From Cyanophora paradoxa CCMP329 (Eukaryota > Plantae > Glaucophyta), in NCBI GenBank assembly GCA_004431415.1, contig QPMI01000424.1:1-64000 (forward strand): a stretch of 64,000 nucleotides of DNA, written 5' to 3'. Under the pieces are notes generated by a model. The model did no database searches. It was not told the DNA's origin and saw nothing but the letters and a program-made list of their open reading frames with translations. This document shows positions 22,316 through 31,875 of the stretch, piece after piece. Both the position numbers and the translations under genes were made by a program. Position 1 is the first letter of the stretch; each line of letters begins with the position of its first letter.

Positions 22316-25300
22316 TTATTTTTTGCTGCAATTGCACCCGTGATGCGCGAGCTGGCAATTGTCTTTAAGATGCGGGCGCCTGTTGTTTATGCGATCCACG
22401 ACGAGCTTGTAATTCGGATCTTGCGGCTCAATCGGAATCGGAAGGGAACAGAGCGCACAGGCGCCCTTCTGTTGCTTTTTGCGCTCTAATATCCACTCCG
22501 GCGTAATATAATCCGCCTCGTCGAAATCGCGCCCGGCACGCTGATCCTGGCATTTATAACCGCGGATCTTTGTTTTCAGATATTCGATGTAGTCACTCTT
22601 TCCTTGGAACTTGTGAATCGGTGTATAAATCAGCACAGTGGACAGATCGCGGTTACGAGTGAGAGCGGTATAGAACCATTCGCGAGTGGTATAGCGGAAC
22701 GTAGCCTCACAAATGACAATGCCCGAATCAAGTGTGAGACCTTGCGTTGAATGACCTGTTCCTGCATAAGGGAGAGAAAAATGTTCTAACATCGCGCACG
22801 GAACCTCGAACGTGACGCCATCGAAAACGTCAGTTAATGTGACCATTTGCTTTGTAATTTTGGTGATCCGATAGGTGTAATTTGTGTATGCATTAATAGA
22901 CTCACCCTCAGACCGCGAAATGCGTAGATACCTGCGACAAACGACTTCCAGACCCTTGTAGAATTTGATGCCGTTGACCTCTACGGTTGCAATATTTACT
23001 TTTCGTCTATCGTGCATCAGTTTGTTATAGGCTAAGGTCATTTCGTTTCTGTAAGCGATGCCAAAGTAGCCGTCAGGAATTGCGTTTAGATCATTAATTG
23101 TCGGCAACCCGTATTTCGAGATAATCTGTGCGGCTTCGAGTCCGTTTTCGAAGAGATCCTCTTTGATCGCCCGAATTAATTCACGGTCTGTCTCCTTCTT
23201 GTGCCGCTTGTTAATGCGTAGACTCAGGACGTTAGGGAACATGCTCTGAACAGCGCGCTTATAGTAGCCCTTGCGATCAGAAACCGAGAGCTCGTCATTA
23301 ATTGGTTCGTTCTGATAGGTATCGCCATTAGCCAAATATTTGATATCCGGATAGCGATCGATAAACGACTTGATCTTAGCGAGATCTTTTACGGAATACG
23401 CGAATATCTCGTCGAACATAATGTGACTGAACTCGGAGACGAACGCCCTCTGGTCTTTTTCGCTCATAGCCTCTTCGTAGGTCTGATCATTTGAGACACG
23501 GATCCCGAGAACATTATACAAAGTACGAACGGTAATATTTTCGATTCCGCGGACTTTCAGGGAGTCCCTTAGCTCTGCGCACTGTTTGTTATAGGGGCAA
23601 ATAACTAAGCAATTCGACTTCTGAGATGCGAAACAGTTAATACCGAGTGTCGACTTTCCACTTCCGGGCATGTCAGCAAGGACAAGCATACGATTATGGA
23701 GCTCCGCAACCCAATTAAAGCACTCAGGATTAAATTCGTCCCTCAGCGAGAACCGGTTAATGAGTGTCTCGGGATCCTGAAATTCGAGAGTTACACCCCG
23801 TGGTGGGCGGAGTGCATTCTCAGGGCATCTTTTCCCGGGAATATAGCTGAATTTGCCCATGTTCTCAAACGCATTTCGGTCGAACTCTTTCTTACTTGTC
23901 CATGAACCTTCGATATATAGACAGTCCGTTCTGATCCCGGCAACCTTGTGCCCGCGCGCTGTCAGGCGCTTGTATTGCGCAAACATATTAGCACGGTTGC
24001 GATCGTAAATATGAAAGTGGATAGGAAGGAATCCGTTAACGAGCTCGCGGTGGGAGCTGATCTTAACGAAATAGATGTGACCTTCGAATTCGCTAAGAGT
24101 TTTGACACGTTTCGAATTCTTAGGATTGAAAGTAAACACCTCTACTGTTCCTCCGCATTCTTGGGCGAACCTCTCAGCCTCGGCACGGTTGTAGAACATT
24201 TTCGTGGATGTTTGCGAGTCTTGGAATTTGCCGAGCATTCCGATCTCTTTCACTAAAATGTGTTTCTTGTCCGTGGTTTGAATGTCACTTGAAAGCACTT
24301 TTTTCATCTCAGCGATCGACGTATTGGGCACCAAATGCGAAGGCTCCGCGACCGCGATAATCTCTATCTTGTCCTTTACGTCCGCCCAGTGCATGGCGAG
24401 AGTGTAGCCTGTCATGAAATTATAACAGCGACCACTCACGGAAAATGCGCGATCCAGAATAATTTCGACTCCATCAATCTTGCGAGACATGGCGGCATCA
24501 TAATCTACATCCTCATCGTCGGCGAAAGTCGCTTGCTCTCTCTCAAACGCGACCACACGCACGTAGTAGATCGCGTATTCGAGAATATCGCTTCCCACTT
24601 TAAAGGGAACGAAGTCATCGAATACATTGTATTTCGGAAGATATTGCATGCCTTTCAGTATCGAAGGGTAGCACTTCGCCATATCGACGGCTGTGTAGGT
24701 GGCTTTTGGGTTTGGCTTATAGAAATAACCGCTGAGTGCCGATCGCTTGTAGTGCGTGAGAATTTCGCGCATGTTCGGGCTGTAATGTGAGATATTCGTG
24801 GCATTTAGAAGCGACTCCCGGAATCCCTTCCCGATTTCACAGACCTTATTATAATACTCTTCTGTTTCGAAATCTTGCTCAATAAAGTGGTCGGTTGTGC
24901 GTGGATCTTTGATAGAAAACATCGACCCATTGGCTTTGAATGTGATGCTGTCGATTTGTTTCGATGGTGTTAGCTTCACAGCGGGCTCATATCGCATTTT
25001 CAGGAACGTAAATAGAAGACCTTCCAGACCTTCACGCCCAGTATACAGAATGCGAATGAAACTGCGCTCGTCGGGCGATAGTTTAAGTTGCGTGATCTTT
25101 AACAGATCCTTGGATGTGTGCGCGAAGATATCGTGAGTAAGACACGTCGGAATTTTATAGAGTGCTAACGAAGAGTTCGACTTAGGAACATGATTATCGA
25201 GCTCTTCGACCTCCATCTTTGCCATGCGCATTTCGAGCGACTTGATGTTATCGTTGAATATATAGATGTGCTTGTTGTGAATCATAAAGTGAATATTGCG

Positions 25301-26635
25301 GGGAAATATGTTTTTGTTAATCGATTCCGCCGCGAATTTGTATATTAACTTTCCGTCGACATCAAAGACGCGGAAGCCTGTCTGGATTCTCTTACAGAAT
25401 TTCTCGATATGGCGGAGGGTGAGAGCCAGAGAGTCGCCAGGTGTGCGCTCACGACCGTGAAAGAATTTATAGAGACCGTCGTACGACATAGTTAAGTCAG
25501 TATATCGCGGTTTTGGCGCCTCCTGACACTTCTTAATGGACGCTCCCCATGTGGAGATGATCATATCATAGCCGCAAGCGTTAGATGTCGATGATTTGGG
25601 AAGCTCTATTAGATCTTCGAACTCAGACGCGTTTGGATTTAATGTATAGTCTGTGAATTTGCTCATAATCGCGGTGCATCGCATACTGTCCATTAGCTCC
25701 TCATCCAGGAACGCGTAGCGATTGCCAGGTATAGCGCCGGCTCCATCATCATCCTCAGCCGCTTCGGCTCCATCAATCGCGATTTCGTGGACAGTTACAA
25801 AGGCATCATCGATGCTACTACCGAAGTCCACTAAGATTTCACGTAGTTTTCTCTGTTCCGCGGTTGGTGGTGTCTTAAAGAAGAACACCTCGTATGCTTC
25901 GCCGAAAGTTCCCAGACCCATAGCCAATTCATCATAGTTTTCGAGTAAATAGAAGATTGAATCGCTCTCTTCCGAATAATAACGATTTTGATCGGGTCGA
26001 ATGAGAACTCCATACGCTTTATCGATTTTTGCCAGAGCAAAGTTTCGCAACACCCTCACCGAAACTGTCTCTCTTATATTGCGGTAGGTGACAAAGGTTC
26101 TATCTGGTATATTTAATTCGGGAATTCCGGGACGAACGAGCATATCCGACGACCGAGCACCGGATCCAGGCGCCCACATCTTGAACGTAATTGTTGCGAG
26201 AGTTTCCGGATCGTATGCGGCGATTGGGTCGAGAATAGTGCGTTTGATCGCATCCTCTACCGCTTTTAGTTTACCTCTCTGCTGCTTTGCTTCGAGCTTC
26301 GCTTCTTTCGCTCGTTTCTGTTCTTGCTTGCGATCGAAGCGCTGTAAACGCTTAGCCTCTTGTTCTTTTTGCTTCTGCTTTTCTATATTAACTTGGGTGC
26401 GAGCGGCGCGCTTTTCTTTCCGCTCTGCCCTGCGGAAAACGCGGGGATTAATGATTCCATTCAGAGTATCCCGAATGTCGATCAGCGTTTGGAGCTTGGG
26501 CTTCCGATTCATTGTGTTGTGCATCGCCCAATGCGCCTGTTCTTCGGTTAGCAAATCCTGACTCAATCCCTGCATAATGTATCCGATAATTTCATCCCGA
26601 ACATTGTTAGCGATTCTGTTGGTTGCGCGCGGCAT
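22316..26635 (-). CDS. Replication polyprotein: candidate vOTU-like protease + family B polymerase-like palm + SF1 (RecD/Pif1-like) helicase + HNH-like domain
   Basis: NACGYD...HNKHIY (Cys/His); DMAKCYPS, KHILVKEIGML and IRTDCLY (PolB A/B/C variants); PGSGKST, FDEI, GDTYQNEP, HSTQGLT and YTALTR (SF1); CALC...VDRINN..HLKDNCQLAH.GCN (HNH-like). Confidence 0.85.
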   Translation of the reverse strand: MPRATNRIANNVRDEIIGYIMQGLSQDLLTEEQAHWAMHNTMNRKPKLQTLIDIRDTLNGIINPRVFRRAERKEKRAARTQVNIEKQKQKEQEAKRLQRFDRKQEQKRAKEAKLEAKQQRGKLKAVEDAIKRTILDPIAAYDPETLATITFKMWAPGSGARSSDMLVRPGIPELNIPDRTFVTYRNIRETVSVRVLRNFALAKIDKAYGVLIRPDQNRYYSEESDSIFYLLENYDELAMGLGTFGEAYEVFFFKTPPTAEQRKLREILVDFGSSIDDAFVTVHEIAIDGAEAAEDDDGAGAIPGNRYAFLDEELMDSMRCTAIMSKFTDYTLNPNASEFEDLIELPKSSTSNACGYDMIISTWGASIKKCQEAPKPRYTDLTMSYDGLYKFFHGRERTPGDSLALTLRHIEKFCKRIQTGFRVFDVDGKLIYKFAAESINKNIFPRNIHFMIHNKHIYIFNDNIKSLEMRMAKMEVEELDNHVPKSNSSLALYKIPTCLTHDIFAHTSKDLLKITQLKLSPDERSFIRILYTGREGLEGLLFTFLKMRYEPAVKLTPSKQIDSITFKANGSMFSIKDPRTTDHFIEQDFETEEYYNKVCEIGKGFRESLLNATNISHYSPNMREILTHYKRSALSGYFYKPNPKATYTAVDMAKCYPSILKGMQYLPKYNVFDDFVPFKVGSDILEYAIYYVRVVAFEREQATFADDEDVDYDAAMSRKIDGVEIILDRAFSVSGRCYNFMTGYTLAMHWADVKDKIEIIAVAEPSHLVPNTSIAEMKKVLSSDIQTTDKKHILVKEIGMLGKFQDSQTSTKMFYNRAEAERFAQECGGTVEVFTFNPKNSKRVKTLSEFEGHIYFVKISSHRELVNGFLPIHFHIYDRNRANMFAQYKRLTARGHKVAGIRTDCLYIEGSWTSKKEFDRNAFENMGKFSYIPGKRCPENALRPPRGVTLEFQDPETLINRFSLRDEFNPECFNWVAELHNRMLVLADMPGSGKSTLGINCFASQKSNCLVICPYNKQCAELRDSLKVRGIENITVRTLYNVLGIRVSNDQTYEEAMSEKDQRAFVSEFSHIMFDEIFAYSVKDLAKIKSFIDRYPDIKYLANGDTYQNEPINDELSVSDRKGYYKRAVQSMFPNVLSLRINKRHKKETDRELIRAIKEDLFENGLEAAQIISKYGLPTINDLNAIPDGYFGIAYRNEMTLAYNKLMHDRRKVNIATVEVNGIKFYKGLEVVCRRYLRISRSEGESINAYTNYTYRITKITKQMVTLTDVFDGVTFEVPCAMLEHFSLPYAGTGHSTQGLTLDSGIVICEATFRYTTREWFYTALTRNRDLSTVLIYTPIHKFQGKSDYIEYLKTKIRGYKCQDQRAGRDFDEADYITPEWILERKKQQKGACALCSLPIPIEPQDPNYKLVVDRINNRRPHLKDNCQLAHHGCNCSKK

Positions 26636-26804
26636 CTCTATTAGTTCTTTTAAAATAACCGGAGAAAATAATTTCGGCGCAATCTACCAAATCCTCCTTT
26701 TCATACCCTTGTCGCCAATTCTTTAAGTGCTTTTTTGACGGATACGGGGAATAAAAAGGGAGGTAAAAAATTAATCATTTTTTGCATCGTACGGATACTT
26801 TCCG

Positions 26805-27218
26805 CTACGAATTTTTTGCGTTCTCGACGACATGCTTTCGGGGTCTCCCAGCGGGCTTTTGCGGCTGGGGCTTCACCGGCGGATTCAGCTTTCGTTCCGC
26901 TCTTTTTCTGCGTTGGTATTCCCGTGCCTTTTCCCTGATTTTCTCCCGATACTCTTCATCGTCTTGGTATCGCTGCTGTTTACGAATTGCGATCTTTTGT
27001 AGCTGCTCCGGGGTAAATACGGTCGCTTCCCCTGCGGCTAATCGCTCCTGTTTCTGTCTCTGATGCTTGTTTCGCTGCCTCTCGGCGTCTTTTTCGCGTT
27101 TTAGTCTTAATCTCTCCGCCTTCTCCTCTTCTGTGATCACCTTCTTCGGTCGCCCGGGTCTGCGCTTTTCTTGCTGTGCCGCCATTGCCTCTTGGTTTGA
27201 AATCTTGGGTTTCGCCAT
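26805..27218 (-). CDS. AT-hook / charged coiled-coil DNA-binding protein
   Basis: RRPGRPKK and GRPRK flank a Lys/Arg/Glu-rich helix; promoter motif upstream. Confidence 0.75.
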   Translation of the reverse strand: MAKPKISNQEAMAAQQEKRRPGRPKKVITEEEKAERLRLKREKDAERQRNKHQRQKQERLAAGEATVFTPEQLQKIAIRKQQRYQDDEEYREKIREKAREYQRRKRAERKLNPPVKPQPQKPAGRPRKHVVENAKNS

Positions 27219-27342
27219 TTACTATAACCGGAGAAAATAGTTTTTTGTCACTCTGTATTATTTCCCTTGCCCTTATATACCTTTTACCGAAACCTTCAAT
27301 TTTTGCGCTCGGATCGATACAAGCGCCACCGAAATTCACCGC

Positions 27343-27756
27343 TCAATAACCGTTCCAGACGGTTCGTTCTTGTTGCTGAGGATATACATAAGGGTTTGTT
27401 AAGCTGTCATCGTCGCCTAACGCCATTTGATCCAATCTATACATCGGATAAGGTGAATCAGCGCGAAAATGCCCTTCCACAAATTCAGGACATGAGCGCC
27501 TTCTAATATGCTCTACATGCACGTCCTCTATCTGAGCGGCTTCGATATTAGAACTCATAGCCGCGGGCACAGGCGAGGGCGATCGAGATCGTGGGTGGTT
27601 GTGATTGTCGCTGTGGTTAGAATATACAGAAAGGCGCCTACCTCCATGGTCTTCATCTGTAATATCAACCTCTACGGTTGTGTCGCAGCAAGAGTTGTGG
27701 CACGTGCTCGTGAAATGTAAATGAAACATTTCGATGCATTGTGTGATGAAATTCAT
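27343..27756 (-). CDS. Hypothetical protein
   Basis: ATG-initiated 137-aa ORF filling the gap; promoter motif upstream; TCHNSCC and RSRSPSP motifs. Confidence 0.6.
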   Translation of the reverse strand: MNFITQCIEMFHLHFTSTCHNSCCDTTVEVDITDEDHGGRRLSVYSNHSDNHNHPRSRSPSPVPAAMSSNIEAAQIEDVHVEHIRRRSCPEFVEGHFRADSPYPMYRLDQMALGDDDSLTNPYVYPQQQERTVWNGY

Positions 27757-27805
27757 CGATCCTACAAGGACGCAACGTATTAAATATCGGAGAAAATAAA
27801 AGGGA

Positions 27806-27964
27806 ATGAGGCTATTGCTTGCTCGTGTGTTTCCTTATGAGTTGGTCGACCTTATAATGCTGTTTATGGAGCCGACATGCCCGTTTTGCAAGGGCGTTCA
27901 TATTAAGACCCGCTCTAAATACGGGCGGGTTCAGCTTTGCCTTGCGGATATTCACAGTCATTAG
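27806..27964 (+). CDS. 52-aa small protein with F-box-like N-terminus and Cys/His cluster (absent from the ORF track)
   Basis: Manual translation: MRLLLARVFPYELVDLIMLFMEPTCPFCKGVHIKTRSKYGRVQLCLADIHSH. Fills the gap; its stop overlaps the convergent gene's stop. Confidence 0.45.
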   Translation: MRLLLARVFPYELVDLIMLFMEPTCPFCKGVHIKTRSKYGRVQLCLADIHSH

Positions 27965-28644
27965 CGGATATGGCGTTTACCACCGAGCATTGCGGCATAA
28001 TTCACGGGTGCGGTCGGCACAATATGTGCATATTGCGGGGCGACCGATTGCTGACGAGTTACGGCTTGCGCATCTGTCTTTTCCTCCTTTTTAATTTCCT
28101 CTACGTCGACTTTTTGCTTTAATCCGAGTTTGGAGATCTCTTTCTTTACGAGACCCTTTAATTTCTTGCGTTCGTTATAATCTTGCATCCATTTCTCATA
28201 GTTAGAGACTTTCATTTCAAGGTCTCGCACTTTCTCTTCGAAGCTCATGACAACGTCGACAGGAACCGTGTGTTTTTGATAGGATCCGCGCTTTTTAAGC
28301 TCGGTTTCGGCGGCTTTCGGGACGTCTTGCGTTTTGTGTTGGCTTGCGACAACTTGCGCTTTAATTACTTTGTCGGTTGCTTCATCAACAGAGCCGCCTC
28401 CAATCTGTGGTTTTACAGTAGCTAAATCCTCCATTTGTCGTTTACCGCTATCTTGGTTGCCCTTGTCCGCGGTGGCACTCGCAATAATCGCCTCTTGCTT
28501 GGCGACCTCTTCTGGCGAAGTGTCTACAAGATATTCGGGCATTTCGAGACCGCCACCCGACGTTAATCCAGACTCTTCAAGTCCGCGATTAGGATTACCA
28601 GAAGCGACCGTTTGTAGGGTTTGAGGCTTCTTTCGGTAGACCAT
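27961..28644 (-). CDS. Hypothetical coiled-coil protein (possible virion core protein)
   Basis: 227 aa; starts 2 nt after the ATPase stop; charged coiled-coil FEEKVRDLEMKV. Confidence 0.7.
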   Translation of the reverse strand: MVYRKKPQTLQTVASGNPNRGLEESGLTSGGGLEMPEYLVDTSPEEVAKQEAIIASATADKGNQDSGKRQMEDLATVKPQIGGGSVDEATDKVIKAQVVASQHKTQDVPKAAETELKKRGSYQKHTVPVDVVMSFEEKVRDLEMKVSNYEKWMQDYNERKKLKGLVKKEISKLGLKQKVDVEEIKKEEKTDAQAVTRQQSVAPQYAHIVPTAPVNYAAMLGGKRHIR

Positions 28645-28646
28645 GA

Positions 28647-29513
28647 TTATCTTCTCTTACATTTGATTAACATTTTCTTTTTCTTAGGCGAAATTTGGGA
28701 AAGTTTGGGGATACCTTCAAGCTCACGTTCAAATTTGGATAAAGTTTTACAGACAGTTGTCGAATCTTTGACAGGCGGCGGTTTTGTAGCTTGCTCCTCT
28801 TGCTGTTTGCGCTTCTTTTCTTCAAAAGCCGCCCGCTTGTGGAATTTAGTAAACGGATGGTCATCGATCATATCGGCTTTTTCTACCCACCATCGCACAG
28901 AATACCCGGTATTATCGTGAATGATCGCTTGGTAGCTATGACAGAATTCTTGGAACATGCGCTTGAAACTCTCTTTATCCATGTTCCCGAATTCCTCGTG
29001 ATATGCTTCAAACTCTCGCATGTTTGACCAGCTTAGGAATATGATATACTCCGCATTGCTGCGAATGATCGTTGAAAGCTTTGTTAGTTTCTGCGATATT
29101 AAAGCCACGGAACAAAACGTATGACGACCTTGCGCCATCAATTTATTTAGCAAATGATCGCGCGAAAGATCGATAGTTCCGGACTCCAAACAATCGTCGA
29201 GCACAATGAGAATATTCTTTGGTTTCTTACCCGCGATGATGGCTTTTTTGCGGGCTTCTATGATCGACTCTACATATTCCGGTTTCCAGGTATCATGCAC
29301 TTCGTCTGTTATTTGTCCCCAGAAACCGTTGAAACTCGTAGGACAGAAAACCAGAACATACGAGATCTGATCTTCGAGTTCTTTGATCAGCCACTTTAAA
29401 AATACCGACTTTCCACAATTGGTTTTCGCCAATAAGAGAAATCGTGCGGGAAGTTTCACCCTCTGTTTCGGGTTCCATTCTTCGAGATCCATGGGCGTCG
29501 TCCCTTTTTGCAT
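28647..29513 (-). CDS. A32-like FtsK/HerA genome packaging ATPase
   Basis: Walker A AKTNCGKS, Walker B LIVLDD, GRH, ISQ and IRSN. ATG at 29513 is preceded by TATAGTGAAAGA. Confidence 0.93.
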   Translation of the reverse strand: MQKGTTPMDLEEWNPKQRVKLPARFLLLAKTNCGKSVFLKWLIKELEDQISYVLVFCPTSFNGFWGQITDEVHDTWKPEYVESIIEARKKAIIAGKKPKNILIVLDDCLESGTIDLSRDHLLNKLMAQGRHTFCSVALISQKLTKLSTIIRSNAEYIIFLSWSNMREFEAYHEEFGNMDKESFKRMFQEFCHSYQAIIHDNTGYSVRWWVEKADMIDDHPFTKFHKRAAFEEKKRKQQEEQATKPPPVKDSTTVCKTLSKFERELEGIPKLSQISPKKKKMLIKCKRR

Positions 29514-29571
29514 TCTTTCACTATAAAAACAATAGAAAAATAAGACTGAATGTGGTAATCGCACGAATTCC

Positions 29572-30885
29572 TTAGCTACTTACTCTTCGGATACCGTCGG
29601 CACCAATTATCATTATGTTATGAGCGAGGGCAATGCACTGAATTTGCATCTTCTGATAAGCGGCACCCGCATACCACTCCTCATTACCGACTCCACCGGC
29701 TGTGACACCATTGAATTCGAAGACCAGATCGAACGCCGATGTGCCTGTGGCATCGATGTAGCCCGTGTTCTCTTGGTTGAGAAGCGACGCCTTTCCGTTT
29801 CCAGCACCGAAGTAAATGCCAGAGAGAGCCGGGTAGCTTGTGCTCTCGGTGAAAATCGCCGAATTATATTTATCTTGAAGTTCGGTCGCGGCAATCATGA
29901 GAGGAAGCGAAGTATTCGAGTAGAGGCGGTTATTGTTGAGTTCCACATAGAAGCTTACAGCGTTGGTTCGGAGTGCACGAGGAGCCAGAACCGAGAGAGT
30001 TCCGTTGTTCACCTTGGTCTTCGCGTTTTGGCGCACAGAGAATACGAGAGTGTGGATGAGACCCGCACCTGTGAGTTGCGAGAGATTGACTCGCGAACCG
30101 GAGGCGGTCGGCTGGAAATCTGTGTGGAGGAAACCGATTTCGTTGTAGGGGATCGCGATACCAGTCGATTTAACACGGGCAATGGTCTCAGATACAACCG
30201 CCTCATCGGCATTTACGACCTTGCAGATAATGCGGGGTTTCAGCACTTGAAGGGAAGCGCCATTGTTGGTAACCGCAATATTGGCAACATTGTTAGTATC
30301 CTCAATGATACCATCACCAATCGCCTTGAATTCGATTTCGACCACGATCTCAGAGTTCAGAGCGCAAAGTGGGAACATCGCCTTCTCGAAAGGAGAGGGT
30401 AAATCGATTTCGTAGGTTCCACCGACAGTGTTACCAGCGGTTCCGACAAGACCACCCACATAGCGAAGTTTCTTATCGAGTTCGCCCTGTTCGGTCATCA
30501 GTAGAAAATACTGGGTGACGAAATCCTCTGGGACAACGTAGCGGAATGAAGCGTGAGAGATTTCGATGCGCTTAATTAGCGATCCAATAACGCGAAGGTA
30601 GCCAGTAGTTCCAGCGACACCATTCGTGAGATCAGTGAGGGTGATCGGGTTAAGATCGAGTTGCAGCGCGAGACCATTCAGGAAATGGTAGCGGGGGATT
30701 TTGAAGACAACTCGGTTGCCGAGAGCGCTGGGTGGCTCAGTGTCGGGGGCGACCAGAACTCGAAGTGGCTTAGTGCCAGAGGACGTTCCAATGACCAGCG
30801 ACTTGTTTAGGAAATAATCCTTGTAGTCATCGGTGGTGAGCATAGATTTCAGCGTTGGGCGCTGGAATTGGCTGTTAGTCTCCAT
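29572..30885 (-). CDS. Major capsid protein (double jelly roll), 437 aa
   Basis: VVFKIPR..FLNGLAL.L, IKRIEI and FPLCALNSEIVVEIEFK motifs; lies between ATPase and penton; start supported by the PLV-2 copy. Confidence 0.85.
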   Translation of the reverse strand: METNSQFQRPTLKSMLTTDDYKDYFLNKSLVIGTSSGTKPLRVLVAPDTEPPSALGNRVVFKIPRYHFLNGLALQLDLNPITLTDLTNGVAGTTGYLRVIGSLIKRIEISHASFRYVVPEDFVTQYFLLMTEQGELDKKLRYVGGLVGTAGNTVGGTYEIDLPSPFEKAMFPLCALNSEIVVEIEFKAIGDGIIEDTNNVANIAVTNNGASLQVLKPRIICKVVNADEAVVSETIARVKSTGIAIPYNEIGFLHTDFQPTASGSRVNLSQLTGAGLIHTLVFSVRQNAKTKVNNGTLSVLAPRALRTNAVSFYVELNNNRLYSNTSLPLMIAATELQDKYNSAIFTESTSYPALSGIYFGAGNGKASLLNQENTGYIDATGTSAFDLVFEFNGVTAGGVGNEEWYAGAAYQKMQIQCIALAHNIMIIGADGIRRVSS

Positions 30886-30932
30886 GAGCGTTTCTTCTCT
30901 TATCTTTGGGATCAGAAAATAATTTACAGGGC

Positions 30933-31859
30933 TCAATAGAAATTCATTTCGGGCGGTGCGTCGTAGGTTTCGATTTCAAAAGTGAAATAATGCGCCCAAA
31001 CCCCGAAATCTAAGAGAGCGCCATCATGGTCGATGAGTTTAATCGTGAGGCGGTCGAAAGATTTTAATTCGCGGAATTCACGAATGAGAGGCACAGTAGT
31101 GGACGTGTCGAAGTGGTAGATATCACCATGTTCGAGTTCCTGTGGGATTGGAATGCGCATGAAATAACCGTCGACGTGCTTGTTGACTGAGCGAATAAAC
31201 GGCGCGAATTCGTCAATATATAGCCAGATCATCGAAGCCGGGGTCTCATCTCCACGAGTATAGCCACGAATGCGTCGATTGAGCGTCACAGTTCCCGTCC
31301 CAGGATTGAACACAAGGAATGTATCGTTTGCAAGAGGTGTAAATGTCTCGTAAACATATAGTTGAATATCTTTGAAACCGAATATTGCGAGTTTCTTAGC
31401 GATTGCTTTGCGGTTACTGGATTTTCTGAGTGTTTCAGGGGAAGCTTTGGAGAACTTGAACCAAAAGTTACTATCACTGAAAAACTCATAGATCTTTGAA
31501 GTAGTATTATAGCGGCATTTAATATATTTTCCACCGAAATCTGAAAGGCGAGCTGCTTCGAGTCTTTCTGTGACTTTTGCGGCAAGGTCGTCTTTGGTGT
31601 AAAATCCTTTGGGGATTGTGATGGTCACGAATCCGGAATCCGAAGCTGTGACCGAGAAATAGAGTTCCATGCGCTCGATGGTTGCACCAGTGGCGTCGAT
31701 ATCGTTCGTCACAGTTGAAAGAACATTCGGAACCGTTGCCTGCACCAGGCGCACCGATTTTACGTTGTCATAGCGACGGGGTAATGTCACTACATACTTG
31801 TTTGGCTGTGTGAACTCCTCGTCGCGATCATCGCTCGAAAAGCTCAGGTATTCTTTCAT
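30933..31859 (-). CDS. Minor capsid (penton-like) protein A
   Basis: SSDDRD...PNKYVVTLPRRYDNVKSVRLVQATVPN, IPKGFYT and LTIKLIDHDGALLDF..HYFTFEIE. Confidence 0.85.
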   Translation of the reverse strand: MKEYLSFSSDDRDEEFTQPNKYVVTLPRRYDNVKSVRLVQATVPNVLSTVTNDIDATGATIERMELYFSVTASDSGFVTITIPKGFYTKDDLAAKVTERLEAARLSDFGGKYIKCRYNTTSKIYEFFSDSNFWFKFSKASPETLRKSSNRKAIAKKLAIFGFKDIQLYVYETFTPLANDTFLVFNPGTGTVTLNRRIRGYTRGDETPASMIWLYIDEFAPFIRSVNKHVDGYFMRIPIPQELEHGDIYHFDTSTTVPLIREFRELKSFDRLTIKLIDHDGALLDFGVWAHYFTFEIETYDAPPEMNFY

Positions 31860-31875
31860 CTTACTATAATAGATT

